Shown here: positions 1 through 8,835 of the stretch, piece by piece
How positions within the stretch are numbered: position 1 is the stretch's first letter
Layout of the letters: every line of letters begins with the position of its first letter
Source: Candidatus Heimdallarchaeota archaeon
Lineage (GTDB): Archaea > Asgardarchaeota > Heimdallarchaeia > Heimdallarchaeales > Heimdallarchaeaceae
DNA length: 31,268 bases
Direction: 5' to 3'
NCBI GenBank assembly: GCA_016839945.1
Contig: JAEOTE010000104.1
Location: forward strand, 1 to 31,268
The notes under the pieces: generated by a model
The model's input: only the letters and a program-made list of their open reading frames with translations
The model's database searches: none
Told to the model about the DNA's origin: nothing
Program-made: the position numbers and the translations under genes

Positions 1-1
1 C

Positions 2-127
2 TATGGAAGTGAAGAAGGAGGAGCTTATTACCAAATTAATGTATACGATGATCAAACAGATTTTTATACATATCACATAGGTTGGGGAATAATGGATATA
101 TATGAGATGTATCTATTCTATCAATGA
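2..127 (+). CDS. 3' end of a CDS entering from the left edge (partial), product uncertain
   Basis: Frame 2 is open from the edge: YGSEEGGAYYQINVYDDQTDFYTYHIGWGIMDIYEMYLFYQ then TGA at 125-127, followed by a T-rich tract. GWGIMD weakly recalls the GxGxxD/N end of S8 protease domains. Confidence 0.55.
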   Translation, partial: YGSEEGGAYYQINVYDDQTDFYTYHIGWGIMDIYEMYLFYQ

Positions 128-161
128 TTTCCCCTTTTTCTTTTTTATTTTTAATTTTTTT
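128..161 (+). terminator. Archaeal-type oligo-T terminator candidate
   Basis: tttcccctttttcttttttatttttaattttttt directly after the stop codon at 127. Confidence 0.5.
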
Positions 162-218
162 AGATGAGAAACTTTTATTTGATAATCTTTATTTATTTAA
201 TCTCCCATTATTTAAGAT

Positions 219-452
219 ATGAAATGGGAAGTTGCTAAGAACAAATATCCAGAAGAGTTATATGAAACCTTAAAACAACTTTGCGAGGAGTTCAACACAT
301 CTGTTAATAAGGAAAAAAGACTTTTGACATTCTTCTGTAATTGGTGTTATAAGACTAAAGGTTCACTTTGTTTTCCATGTGTAGATATGAAGAGAATATA
401 TCAAGAGAAATATAATACAAATTTAGAGCAAATTCTATCTAAATATAACTAA
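219..452 (+). CDS. Small hypothetical protein with CxxC-x7-CxxC putative metal-binding motif
   Basis: 77-aa ORF containing CNWCYKTKGSLCFPC. AT-rich TATA-like tttatttaa lies about 20-30 nt upstream, and no other gene occupies this space. Confidence 0.55.
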   Translation: MKWEVAKNKYPEELYETLKQLCEEFNTSVNKEKRLLTFFCNWCYKTKGSLCFPCVDMKRIYQEKYNTNLEQILSKYN

Positions 453-572
453 TTCATCACCTTCTTCATTATTACCCAAAGAGATAGTGAAGAACTAGTA
501 TTACCCTAATGTTATTACTGTATTAATCTGGTTTTAAGATAAAGCTTTGATTTTTGACATAGGTGTTTAGCC

Positions 573-932
573 ATGGCTCCAAAGAAAAAGAGTAAAGGTC
601 AAACTAAAATTAAAGAAGAATTAAAAGTAGCAAACCAACCTCCGGGAGTAAAATTCTATTCACTTGTAGATGTTGTCAATACAGAACGTATCTTGACAGA
701 AGTTGAACAAGGTAATCTAATTTTCCTAAATATTGGTAGAATTATATCTTTTCCTGACAGAAAAAAAGAGTTCCTTCAATCTCTCAAAGAAAGTTCAGCT
801 CAATTACATGCTACATTAAGAATGGTTTCAGAAGAAACAATTATGGTTGCTCCCCAATCTGTGCCAATCGAAATAAGATCTTTAACTCCTGTAAAAATGA
901 AAGATATTCAACAAGGAGAAGTAGAAGAATAG
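573..932 (+). CDS. sepF: Cell division protein SepF-like (archaeal DUF552 type), divergent
   Basis: Pattern ILTEVEQGNLIFLNI...EFLQSLKE...LRMVSEETIMVAPQSVPI matches the SepF core (GN-hydrophobic strand, helix, final strands ending in P). SD-like AGGTG at 560-564. Confidence 0.72.
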   Translation: MAPKKKSKGQTKIKEELKVANQPPGVKFYSLVDVVNTERILTEVEQGNLIFLNIGRIISFPDRKKEFLQSLKESSAQLHATLRMVSEETIMVAPQSVPIEIRSLTPVKMKDIQQGEVEE

Positions 933-942
933 AATTCTAAAC

Positions 943-3708
943 TTATCCTTCAATTTCTGTTTTTATTAGTTCTTTAGCCTTTTCAAGAATTGATGGTATA
1001 GTGTCAGTTAGAGGACCACCACCTATTGCAAGATTACCTTTCCCACCACCTGAACCACCTGCAATTTCTGATAATTCTCTAATTATTTCAGAAATATTAA
1101 TATCTAGTGCTGGACTTTTAGTACCAACAATAATCAACTTATTTTCGAAAGTAGAGACTAAAATGCATACTCCTTTCTCATAACTCTTAACAGCTTCAGA
1201 AGCTTGGAAAATAAGCTCTTTCTGATTACCACTTGTCTCCATTAAGATTGCAAAAGTATCTTTGATTTTTTCGGGTTCTATCTTAGATGGAGCATACTGT
1301 AATTCAGCAATTTTCTTATTAAGTGATTCAATTGTTTTCTTCTGTTCCTTCCATTCCTTGAAAAATCTTTGAGCAGTTTTTGGTAAAATCTTAGGTTCTA
1401 CACTCAAAATTGAAGCTGAATCATGAAGAATTGTATCTTGTTTTTGAATATATTTTAAAGCAGTTTCACCTGCTAGTATCTCTATTCTTACTACTCCATC
1501 TTGAATACGTTCACTACTGACAAGTTTGATGAAGCCAACGTCACCTGTTTTATCTAGATGTGTTCCACCACAAGCTTCTATATCCCAGTCACTGATAGAA
1601 ACAATATGTAATGACTTACCAGGTACAACTCCACCTTGATATATCTGGAATCCATATTCTTTTTCAGCTTCATCTCTGTCTTTGTCTTCTTTATCAATTG
1701 TTCTATTTTCAAGGACAACTCGATTAGCTTTGAGTTCTATTTGTTGTAATTCCTCAAATGAAATTGATTTATAATGAGTAACATCTAACCTCGCTTTTTC
1801 TTCTGTCTTTTCAGCACCTGCTTGCCAGATATGTTCTCCTAAGACTTTTCTAGCTGCATTATTAACAACATGAACTGCAGTATGATGTCTCATAATCGTC
1901 ATTCTTCTTTTTCCATCTATAATACCTTTAACTGCTGATCCTGCTTTAATATCACAATCTTCTTTTATTTCATGTACAATGGTTGAACCTTTTTTGAAAA
2001 CATTAATGACATGAAACTCTTGATTTCCATAAACTAACAAACCAGTGTCGTATATTTGACCTCCACCCATTGGATAGAAGAGAGTCTTTTCTAAGATCAA
2101 ATACTTGTTGTTAACATTTTCTAAAACTTTGGACTCAAATTCAGTTTGGTAAACATCATCATAAAAGAGTGGATAGGTTGTGTATTCTTTTTCTAATTTG
2201 ATGTCAATTTCTTCTTTTCCATCTTTACGTTTTGCTGCTTGTTTCGCAAAATATACTTCCATTTTGATGTAAAAGTCATCTGGAACTTCAACATCAATCT
2301 CTCTTTCTCTTGCTAGTTCTTTAACCATCAATGGGTTTATTCCATTGTTCTGATAAAGATCTACTAGTGTTTTAAAACTAAATTCAGTCTTTTTCTGTAA
2401 AAGTTGGTTTACTATATTTCTACCAGTCTTCTTTGTTTCTTCGTATCGTTTTACCTCAATATCAATTATCTTATGAATATCGTCCATATGCTCTTTGACT
2501 CTAGGATACGATGTTGAAAGATGGTCAATTTGTAGATCAAATAATTTTGTGAGAGAAAATTCTAGACTGTAAAGTTCCTTTAATGAGATTATCCTCCTAA
2601 GGAGTACTCTAAGATTATAACCCCCACCAACATTTGAAGGGATAGCGCCATCAGCAATGGTCATTGAGAGTGTTCTTGCGTGATCAGTTATTGCATAAAT
2701 TGCTTCTTGAGGACCTAATTCTTCTAACATCTGTTCAAAGGATAATCCTAGCTGTTTTGCTAATTTCTTTCTTTCTTCTCTAAGATCCTTTACTTCTTCC
2801 ACTGCAAGAAGTCCTGATAATCTCGCATATTCTACCAATAGTTTATGGTCTGCCTTGTATCCATTTTCTTTTTGTAAATATTCTACAGCTTTAGGAAATA
2901 TTGCTTCATATATAGTAGGAGTTCCTTGAGAGAACCAAGACACTCTTTCCAATCCCCATCCTACATCTATGACTTGCATATCTAATTTCTTAACAGCTCC
3001 ATTATCAAAACCATAAGCAATGAAAACATTGTTAACTAATTCTGTTCCATAAGCCATTGCTTCTAAATTAGGACCAAAATTACCTCCACCTGACCAGATA
3101 CCCTCTACATATGTTATTTCTTCTGGTTTAAGACCAAGTTCTCCAGTTAGATATTTGAAATTTAATTCCAAACATTTGTCCATCCAATAACCATCTGTTA
3201 ATGTTTTGGAATTGAATGAATGTTGCCCAAACATTACAAAACTTGTAAGATGTCTAGCAGTTTTACCTATATTGTCTATATCTGAGAATTCCCCTCCTGT
3301 TCTTATACACATCTGTGGAACTACTAATGGATTAGCGGGAGGATCTATTATGCCTTCTAAAACCCACGGTTGGAAATCAGCAATTGATGCAATAGTAAAA
3401 TCCATATCAGGTCTCCATCTTGCAACAACTGGATAATCCTTTATAGCAGTATGATCATTCTTTACAAAGTAATCAGTTAAGCTGTTTAATGTAGCATCGA
3501 AATCCAAGTTTTTCCCTTTCTTACCCAAGAATTGATATCCACCTGCACAACGGGTATCTCCACAGTTTTCCTTATCTGGAATCAGAGTCCAGTAGTTATG
3601 ACCACAAGAAGGACAAAGTTTTCTGATGAATCCCATTTCTTTGAAGAGTTTAACTTCATAGTCTTCTTTCTTAAATCGTTTCTTTAGTTCTTCTTTGGAT
3701 ATAGACAT
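943..3708 (-). CDS. alaS: Alanine--tRNA ligase, archaeal type, with editing and C-Ala domains
   Basis: N-terminal CPSC..CGDTRC, YPVVARWR, FTIASIADFQP, DVGWGLER, DHART, GGGYNLR, editing motifs HTAVH and CGGTH, C-terminal GGSGGGK. Confidence 0.98.
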   Translation of the reverse strand: MSISKEELKKRFKKEDYEVKLFKEMGFIRKLCPSCGHNYWTLIPDKENCGDTRCAGGYQFLGKKGKNLDFDATLNSLTDYFVKNDHTAIKDYPVVARWRPDMDFTIASIADFQPWVLEGIIDPPANPLVVPQMCIRTGGEFSDIDNIGKTARHLTSFVMFGQHSFNSKTLTDGYWMDKCLELNFKYLTGELGLKPEEITYVEGIWSGGGNFGPNLEAMAYGTELVNNVFIAYGFDNGAVKKLDMQVIDVGWGLERVSWFSQGTPTIYEAIFPKAVEYLQKENGYKADHKLLVEYARLSGLLAVEEVKDLREERKKLAKQLGLSFEQMLEELGPQEAIYAITDHARTLSMTIADGAIPSNVGGGYNLRVLLRRIISLKELYSLEFSLTKLFDLQIDHLSTSYPRVKEHMDDIHKIIDIEVKRYEETKKTGRNIVNQLLQKKTEFSFKTLVDLYQNNGINPLMVKELAREREIDVEVPDDFYIKMEVYFAKQAAKRKDGKEEIDIKLEKEYTTYPLFYDDVYQTEFESKVLENVNNKYLILEKTLFYPMGGGQIYDTGLLVYGNQEFHVINVFKKGSTIVHEIKEDCDIKAGSAVKGIIDGKRRMTIMRHHTAVHVVNNAARKVLGEHIWQAGAEKTEEKARLDVTHYKSISFEELQQIELKANRVVLENRTIDKEDKDRDEAEKEYGFQIYQGGVVPGKSLHIVSISDWDIEACGGTHLDKTGDVGFIKLVSSERIQDGVVRIEILAGETALKYIQKQDTILHDSASILSVEPKILPKTAQRFFKEWKEQKKTIESLNKKIAELQYAPSKIEPEKIKDTFAILMETSGNQKELIFQASEAVKSYEKGVCILVSTFENKLIIVGTKSPALDINISEIIRELSEIAGGSGGGKGNLAIGGGPLTDTIPSILEKAKELIKTEIEG

Positions 3709-3802
3709 TGTAACTCTAAAAACAAGATTTTGCTAAAATATAAAAATCTGTTTAATAAAAAGCAATACTATCCAATATTCTTTTAAGAGTAAGAAAAAGT
3801 GT

Positions 3803-4996
3803 TTGGTCATGGTAAAGATTGAGATTAAAGAACTAAAAGGAGAAGAACTTGAGCCAGCTATTGATTTAGCATTTTATGCATTCTTTCCTACACCTGGTTC
3901 TGTTGATAGACTAAAAGAAAAAATCCAATATTTTACTGAAGATACCGCATATGTTCTTTATGAAGATGATGTACCTGTTTCAGCATTGGTATGTAAGCCA
4001 ATACTCCAAAACGTAAGAGGAGTAGTAAAACCAATGTGTGGTGTCCAAAACGTTGCTACAAGCCCAGAAGCAAGAAGGAAAGGGTATGCAAAGAAAATCA
4101 TGTTTAAAGCATTTGATTATATGAAATTTCATAAACAAGTTTTTTCCACATTATATCCTTTCAAGGAATCATTTTATGAAAAAATGGGATATATTTCCTT
4201 TCCACAAATAAGAACAGCTGAATTTACACCCACTAGTTTGGAACCTTTACTTTCTATGAATATCAGTGGAACTGTAAAAAGAATGCAGATTAATGAAGGT
4301 TATGAGATTTATAGAACTTTCCTTCATGAAATGAGAAAAAACCTTCATGGTATGGGAGTTAAAATGGAGGCTGAATTGAAAAGAATCAAAGATGAAGCGC
4401 AATATTGGTTAGCTGTTGCTAAAGACAATGAAGAGGTTCTAGGGATATTAACTTACAAAATAACTGGATTCTGGAAAGAAATTAAAGTTAGGGATTTTTA
4501 TTACAAAAACTCTCAAGGTAAATATCTCCTTTTGAAATGGCTTGCATCACATTCAGATCAAATAAAAGAAGTTCATCTTCCTATTCGACCTGATGAATTC
4601 CCAGAAACTTGGGTATATGATACTCTTTGGGGAACAAAGGGGAAGATAAAAAGTAGGGATTGGGTTCCTTGTCCAATGGGGAGAGTTACAATTGTAGATA
4701 GCTTAAATGGACTTAATGTTGGTTCTGGAAAGATATCAATAAAAATTGAAGACGAATATTGTTCATGGAATAATGGAAATTTCTTGTTTGAAAGTAAAGA
4801 TGGAATTCTCCATGTTGAAGAAACAGATAACTATGATTGTGAATTAACTATTCAAGGATTCTCTGCTATTATATATGGGTGTTATAATTTAGATGATTTT
4901 CAATTTAGAGGATGGGGTGTTCTTTCAGAGGATACAAAAGCTAAAATTAAACAATTATTCCCTGTAGCATATCCATATTTACATGTAGATTTTTGA
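3803..4996 (+). CDS. Eis-like GNAT acetyltransferase (tandem GNAT plus SCP2-like C-terminal domain)
   Basis: VATSPEARRKGYA acetyl-CoA motif, LYPFKESFYEKMGY, MGRVTIV, IKIEDEYCSWNNGNF, C-terminal aromatic residue (VDF). Start may be the ATG at 3809. Confidence 0.9.
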   Translation: MVMVKIEIKELKGEELEPAIDLAFYAFFPTPGSVDRLKEKIQYFTEDTAYVLYEDDVPVSALVCKPILQNVRGVVKPMCGVQNVATSPEARRKGYAKKIMFKAFDYMKFHKQVFSTLYPFKESFYEKMGYISFPQIRTAEFTPTSLEPLLSMNISGTVKRMQINEGYEIYRTFLHEMRKNLHGMGVKMEAELKRIKDEAQYWLAVAKDNEEVLGILTYKITGFWKEIKVRDFYYKNSQGKYLLLKWLASHSDQIKEVHLPIRPDEFPETWVYDTLWGTKGKIKSRDWVPCPMGRVTIVDSLNGLNVGSGKISIKIEDEYCSWNNGNFLFESKDGILHVEETDNYDCELTIQGFSAIIYGCYNLDDFQFRGWGVLSEDTKAKIKQLFPVAYPYLHVDF

Positions 4997-5024
4997 AGAA
5001 ATTTTTCTTTCTTCTTTTGTTATT

Positions 5025-6248
5025 TTAAAAAAAATCTTGTACTTGAGGTGTAGAATCTGGATAAAAATCTCTGATATTCTTTGTGATATCTATTGCGATT
5101 TGACCTGTTTTACCATGAACTGAAAAAGGCATTCTGCTAACTCTTCTAGTATCCATTGTAACTTTACGATCTATTCTTGGATATCTATACAAGAGAATTT
5201 GACTTGAGAAATATTTTCTTAATTTTGTGTTTTCTGGTATAAGAATGTTATATTGATTATGATCAAAATTATCGATCTCTTTGATTCTTCGTAAAATCCT
5301 CTTTGCTTTGTTCTCAGTTAAACCAAATTCATTGAGTCTCTCTAATTCTTCCTCTAATTCCTTACGTGAGAAATTTTCTAAATCCTCTCCATGACAGTAT
5401 GGACATTTAATTTGATATTGCTTTAAACTAGATTCTATTTTGTCAAAACTCATTCCTTTAACTTCTTTTCCAATTGTTTCACTTAGTATCTCATAAGCTT
5501 TCATTTTTGAATTACAATTTCTACATTGAAGCAGAGGATTAACTGGATTAAGCAATGAGGGAAGAAATGATTTTTCTAAATACGATTTAGCCACCAAAGC
5601 ATATATTCTGTTTCGTAATGGTTTTGCTTCATTTGGAATCTCTTCGATAGATTGTGTTCTCTTCTTATCATGGACAAACGTAAGATAATCTAATATTGCT
5701 AGTCTTTGAGGTTGATCAAAATTTCTAGTTATTTCATCTAAAATCCAAGCATGTACTCCTCTTCTACCTGAATAAAACCAAATGACTTCTTTAAAACCAA
5801 AATCCTCTTTCATTGTTTTATCAATAAAAACTGCAGCATCTTGAACAAGAGACCAGCAATCCTTGCAAAAAACATCACCTTTACATCCACAAGTTCTTAC
5901 ACCTACATATTTCCCATCTTCATTATATGCATCATATTCGTCAATATCAATATCAAAAATAAATTCTCTATATTTCCATTTTATTTTTTGAATTGGAAAA
6001 TCCTTTGAAGGAGGTGTTTCATAAACAGCTCCAACATAAGCATGTTTTACTGAATTCTTTATCATAAAATCAAGCATATTTTTTGGTTTATGAAAAGAAA
6101 TATTTCGTACAAATCTATCCTCCCCAACAACAAATCCAAATTCTCTATTATGAAAGTCAGTTTTATCAATAAGAGAAGTAAATCGATCCAAAGGGAAATG
6201 ATCTTCATAGTACTTAGATATAGTCTCAGGCTTTAATTTCTTCATCAT
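5025..6248 (-). CDS. priS: DNA primase small (catalytic) subunit, eukaryote-like, with an extra zinc-ribbon insertion
   Basis: REFGF, EFIFDID, Zn motif CGC..FCKDCW, YSGRRGVH, YPRID, RMPFSVHGKTG. Start moved from 6305 to the ATG at 6248 because GAGGAGG (SD) lies about 8 nt upstream of it on the minus strand. Confidence 0.95.
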   Translation of the reverse strand: MMKKLKPETISKYYEDHFPLDRFTSLIDKTDFHNREFGFVVGEDRFVRNISFHKPKNMLDFMIKNSVKHAYVGAVYETPPSKDFPIQKIKWKYREFIFDIDIDEYDAYNEDGKYVGVRTCGCKGDVFCKDCWSLVQDAAVFIDKTMKEDFGFKEVIWFYSGRRGVHAWILDEITRNFDQPQRLAILDYLTFVHDKKRTQSIEEIPNEAKPLRNRIYALVAKSYLEKSFLPSLLNPVNPLLQCRNCNSKMKAYEILSETIGKEVKGMSFDKIESSLKQYQIKCPYCHGEDLENFSRKELEEELERLNEFGLTENKAKRILRRIKEIDNFDHNQYNILIPENTKLRKYFSSQILLYRYPRIDRKVTMDTRRVSRMPFSVHGKTGQIAIDITKNIRDFYPDSTPQVQDFF

Positions 6249-7605
6249 TAATATTTTCCTCCTCTGATGTTTCATCATCAGATTTATCATCAGATTTTTT
6301 ACCAAAGAACTTCTTGTATGCTTGACGTGAATAATTTAGCATATGGTTAATTCTTCTACCTCTAACATTCCATCCTGTATAGAGAGTGAAAAATCTTGCA
6401 CATGCTGATTGAAAACGTTGATTTATAATAAGTCTTGAAATATCATCAATTGCTTTATCAATAATACTTTCACTTTTATCTTTAAAACGGATTTTTATAT
6501 CTTCGACTATGTCTTCTAGTTTCTTATGAGCCCAATAGCAATAATATGCATTAATGCAAGTTTTGCAGCTTGGTGGAGAATAGTCAATACCTCCTCCTTC
6601 AATTCCATATATGTGTCTGATTTGGTAACCAATTCTCTGAACAAATTCTTCATATGTCATGCCTACATTATCGACTGAATTCTCGTACCAAAATTTATAC
6701 TGGTCATTAATTTTCATACCAGCCCTTTTAAGAAATGTGCCAACTTGCCAGTTTTCTGCATGAGATAAATGGCCTTCTGACTGTAAAACTCTAACTAGTT
6801 CGAGGATACATGGGGGGTAGCTTTCTGGCTTTGTGAATATAGCTTCACCTTCCTCAATTCCTAATCTTGAGAAATCACCTGCCACTCTAGCAGATCTTGC
6901 AATCTCTGTGATTTTATCTTTTATAGGCTTAATAGTTTCCTCCAAATCAGTAATTCTTTCTATGATCTCCTTAGATTTTTCTAAGATAGAAATAAATTGC
7001 TTCTCAAACTCTCTCTTTACTACTAATCTTATATCTGCCAATCTAACTATTGCCCACCCTTGATAAAGAAGGGCTTTTTTAGCTGCTATAATGGGTGAGA
7101 TTTTGTGAAATCTAATTGCTACTCTTTTATCGAGATCTTTAACAGTTGTACCAAATTTGCTCCTTTCATACCGACTAGGCTTTGTAGGTGTATCTGCTAA
7201 GTGGAACCTCTCATAAAAATCAAAATTAAAATCTTGATTCAGAGTATTTATGGTCTTGATATTTTTTTCTCCATAAAGGTCCTTTAACACATTTATTTTT
7301 TCATCAAAATCAGAGCTACTTACAAAACGAAATTCAAAAAGATCACCTTCAACCTCTTTAAGCCAAGATGCTAAACGAGGATCTTTAGAAACTGCTAAAC
7401 GTAGGAGAAAATGACCACCAATTTCCTCAACTTTAGTTTTAAACCATTCATCTTCAGTAATCCATGTAGGTCTATTTATTATCCAAAGATCTTGAGATAA
7501 AAATCTTTCAAGTCGTTTCTCTGCAAAACTGTACCAACTATCTACCTCTATTGTAATATCACCTGGATCTTTAAGAATATACCAATCTGGAAGTTCGAAA
7601 GACAT
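6226..7605 (-). CDS. priL: DNA primase large (regulatory, Fe-S) subunit, eukaryote-like
   Basis: HFLLRLA, EGDLFEFRF, YPPCI, HLSHAENWQVGTFLK, YQIRHIYG, YSPPSCKTC, CYW, SACARFF, INH. Overlaps the priS start by 23 nt. Confidence 0.95.
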   Translation of the reverse strand: MSFELPDWYILKDPGDITIEVDSWYSFAEKRLERFLSQDLWIINRPTWITEDEWFKTKVEEIGGHFLLRLAVSKDPRLASWLKEVEGDLFEFRFVSSSDFDEKINVLKDLYGEKNIKTINTLNQDFNFDFYERFHLADTPTKPSRYERSKFGTTVKDLDKRVAIRFHKISPIIAAKKALLYQGWAIVRLADIRLVVKREFEKQFISILEKSKEIIERITDLEETIKPIKDKITEIARSARVAGDFSRLGIEEGEAIFTKPESYPPCILELVRVLQSEGHLSHAENWQVGTFLKRAGMKINDQYKFWYENSVDNVGMTYEEFVQRIGYQIRHIYGIEGGGIDYSPPSCKTCINAYYCYWAHKKLEDIVEDIKIRFKDKSESIIDKAIDDISRLIINQRFQSACARFFTLYTGWNVRGRRINHMLNYSRQAYKKFFGKKSDDKSDDETSEEENINDEEIKA

Positions 7606-7643
7606 AAATTTTTCCTTTAAAGTTGTTACACTTAAACATATTA

Positions 7644-8774
7644 TTAAAAAAACTGTGTTAAAGTTTTTTGGTTGTCAGTTATTTTTAGAAGATTAGAAAT
7701 TTTAACACCCAACAATCTAATTTGAAAAGGTTTCTTGTCTTTAAATTCTTCCAATAACATATTTACAACCTCTTTAACTTGCTTTTTAGACATAACATGA
7801 CAAGAAAGAGAATAGCTTCTAGTAAAAGTTTCAAAATCTTGAAAACGAATTTTCAATGTTATTGTTCGAAAATTCATATTTTTCTTCTTAGCTTTTGTTA
7901 CTATAGTTTCAATAGAAGAGTCAATTAGAACATCAATATCTTTCCAATCCTTTGGACGATTGAAAAATGTTCTTTCTTCACTAATAGATTTTATTTCTCT
8001 GCTATTGAATTTATCATCCGTATTTTCTGTATTATAACCGTTAACTAATTTCCATGTTTTAAGTCCAGTTTTTCCAAATTTTTGATGTGCAAGCTGATAA
8101 GGAATCATTGCTAAATCTCCACAAGTTGTAATATTGTTATCATGGAAAATTTTGGAACTCTTTTTGCCTATCCCTGGAATTATTGTTATTTCTAATGGTG
8201 ATAAAAATTCTGAAATTTTCAAAGGTTTTACGACAACCAAACCATTTGGTTTATCAGTGTCACTCCCTATTTTTGCGAGAATTTTATTAGGCGCTATTCC
8301 AATAGAACTTGTGAGTTTTTCACTTGCATAAATGTCATCTTTTAGTTCAATTGCTAATTGCTTAGCTTCTTCATAATCAGATACAATATCAGTTAAATCC
8401 AAATAAGCTTCATCGTTACCCGCTACTTTCATTATTGGTGAATAATGTTTCAAAATATTCATTATTCTTTTTGATACTTCGGAATATAACCTAAAAGACC
8501 CTCTAACCATTGTTAAATTAGGACATAATTTTAACGCTTGAGAAATAGACATGCCTGAATGAATGCCATATTCTCTAGCTTCGTAAGAACATGTACTTAC
8601 TACACCTTGTTTTGTGTTTGGATTCCCTCCTACAACAATGGGTAATCCTGCTAATGAAGGATTTTCTCTTATTTCAACAGCTGCAAAAAAAGCATCCAAA
8701 TCCATATAGAGAATTATAGAATCAAATGTGTGTTCTTTCTCTGAGAAATATGGTATTTGGTTAACAATTGCCAT
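7644..8774 (-). CDS. dinB: Y-family DNA polymerase IV (DinB/Dbh) with C-terminal PIP box
   Basis: DLDAFFAAVE, STCSYEAREYGIHSGM, NDEAYLD, SIGIAPNKILAKIGSDTDKPNG, IPGIG, little-finger domain, C-terminal QKTLTQFF. The ATG at 8774 is preferred over TTG at 8813. Confidence 0.96.
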   Translation of the reverse strand: MAIVNQIPYFSEKEHTFDSIILYMDLDAFFAAVEIRENPSLAGLPIVVGGNPNTKQGVVSTCSYEAREYGIHSGMSISQALKLCPNLTMVRGSFRLYSEVSKRIMNILKHYSPIMKVAGNDEAYLDLTDIVSDYEEAKQLAIELKDDIYASEKLTSSIGIAPNKILAKIGSDTDKPNGLVVVKPLKISEFLSPLEITIIPGIGKKSSKIFHDNNITTCGDLAMIPYQLAHQKFGKTGLKTWKLVNGYNTENTDDKFNSREIKSISEERTFFNRPKDWKDIDVLIDSSIETIVTKAKKKNMNFRTITLKIRFQDFETFTRSYSLSCHVMSKKQVKEVVNMLLEEFKDKKPFQIRLLGVKISNLLKITDNQKTLTQFF

Positions 8775-8835
8775 GTCAAGAGAAAATTGCCATTTAGCTA
8801 TATAAACCCCCAAAAAAAGATATAAAGAAGAGAAA

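Noticed and set aside
470-519. Short direct repeats TATTAC(CC) upstream of sepF
   Set aside because: Only 6-8 nt with irregular spacing, which is expected by chance at this AT content.
576-596. NLS-like APKKKSK at the SepF N-terminus
   Set aside because: Lys-rich stretches are common in this AT-rich genome and there is no nucleus. It is kept only as a possible membrane-binding patch.
1001-3436. Short plus-strand ORFs at 1001-1183 and 3206-3436
   Set aside because: Antisense shadows of alaS with no motifs. The same applies to 6833-7063, 8134-8331, 11053-11261, 14910-15098, 22634-22816, 25275-25481, 27007-27195, 27551-27996, 29064-29255, 29402-29620, 30161-30376 and 30544-30933.
6249-6305. 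19-aa N-terminal extension of PriS in the ORF track
   Set aside because: It overlaps the acidic tail of priL, and a strong SD precedes the ATG at 6248.
8404-8424. DinB motif reads AGNDEAY instead of the usual SIDEAY, a possible inactivation
   Set aside because: The catalytic DE pair and the N-terminal Asp are retained, so it is likely active.
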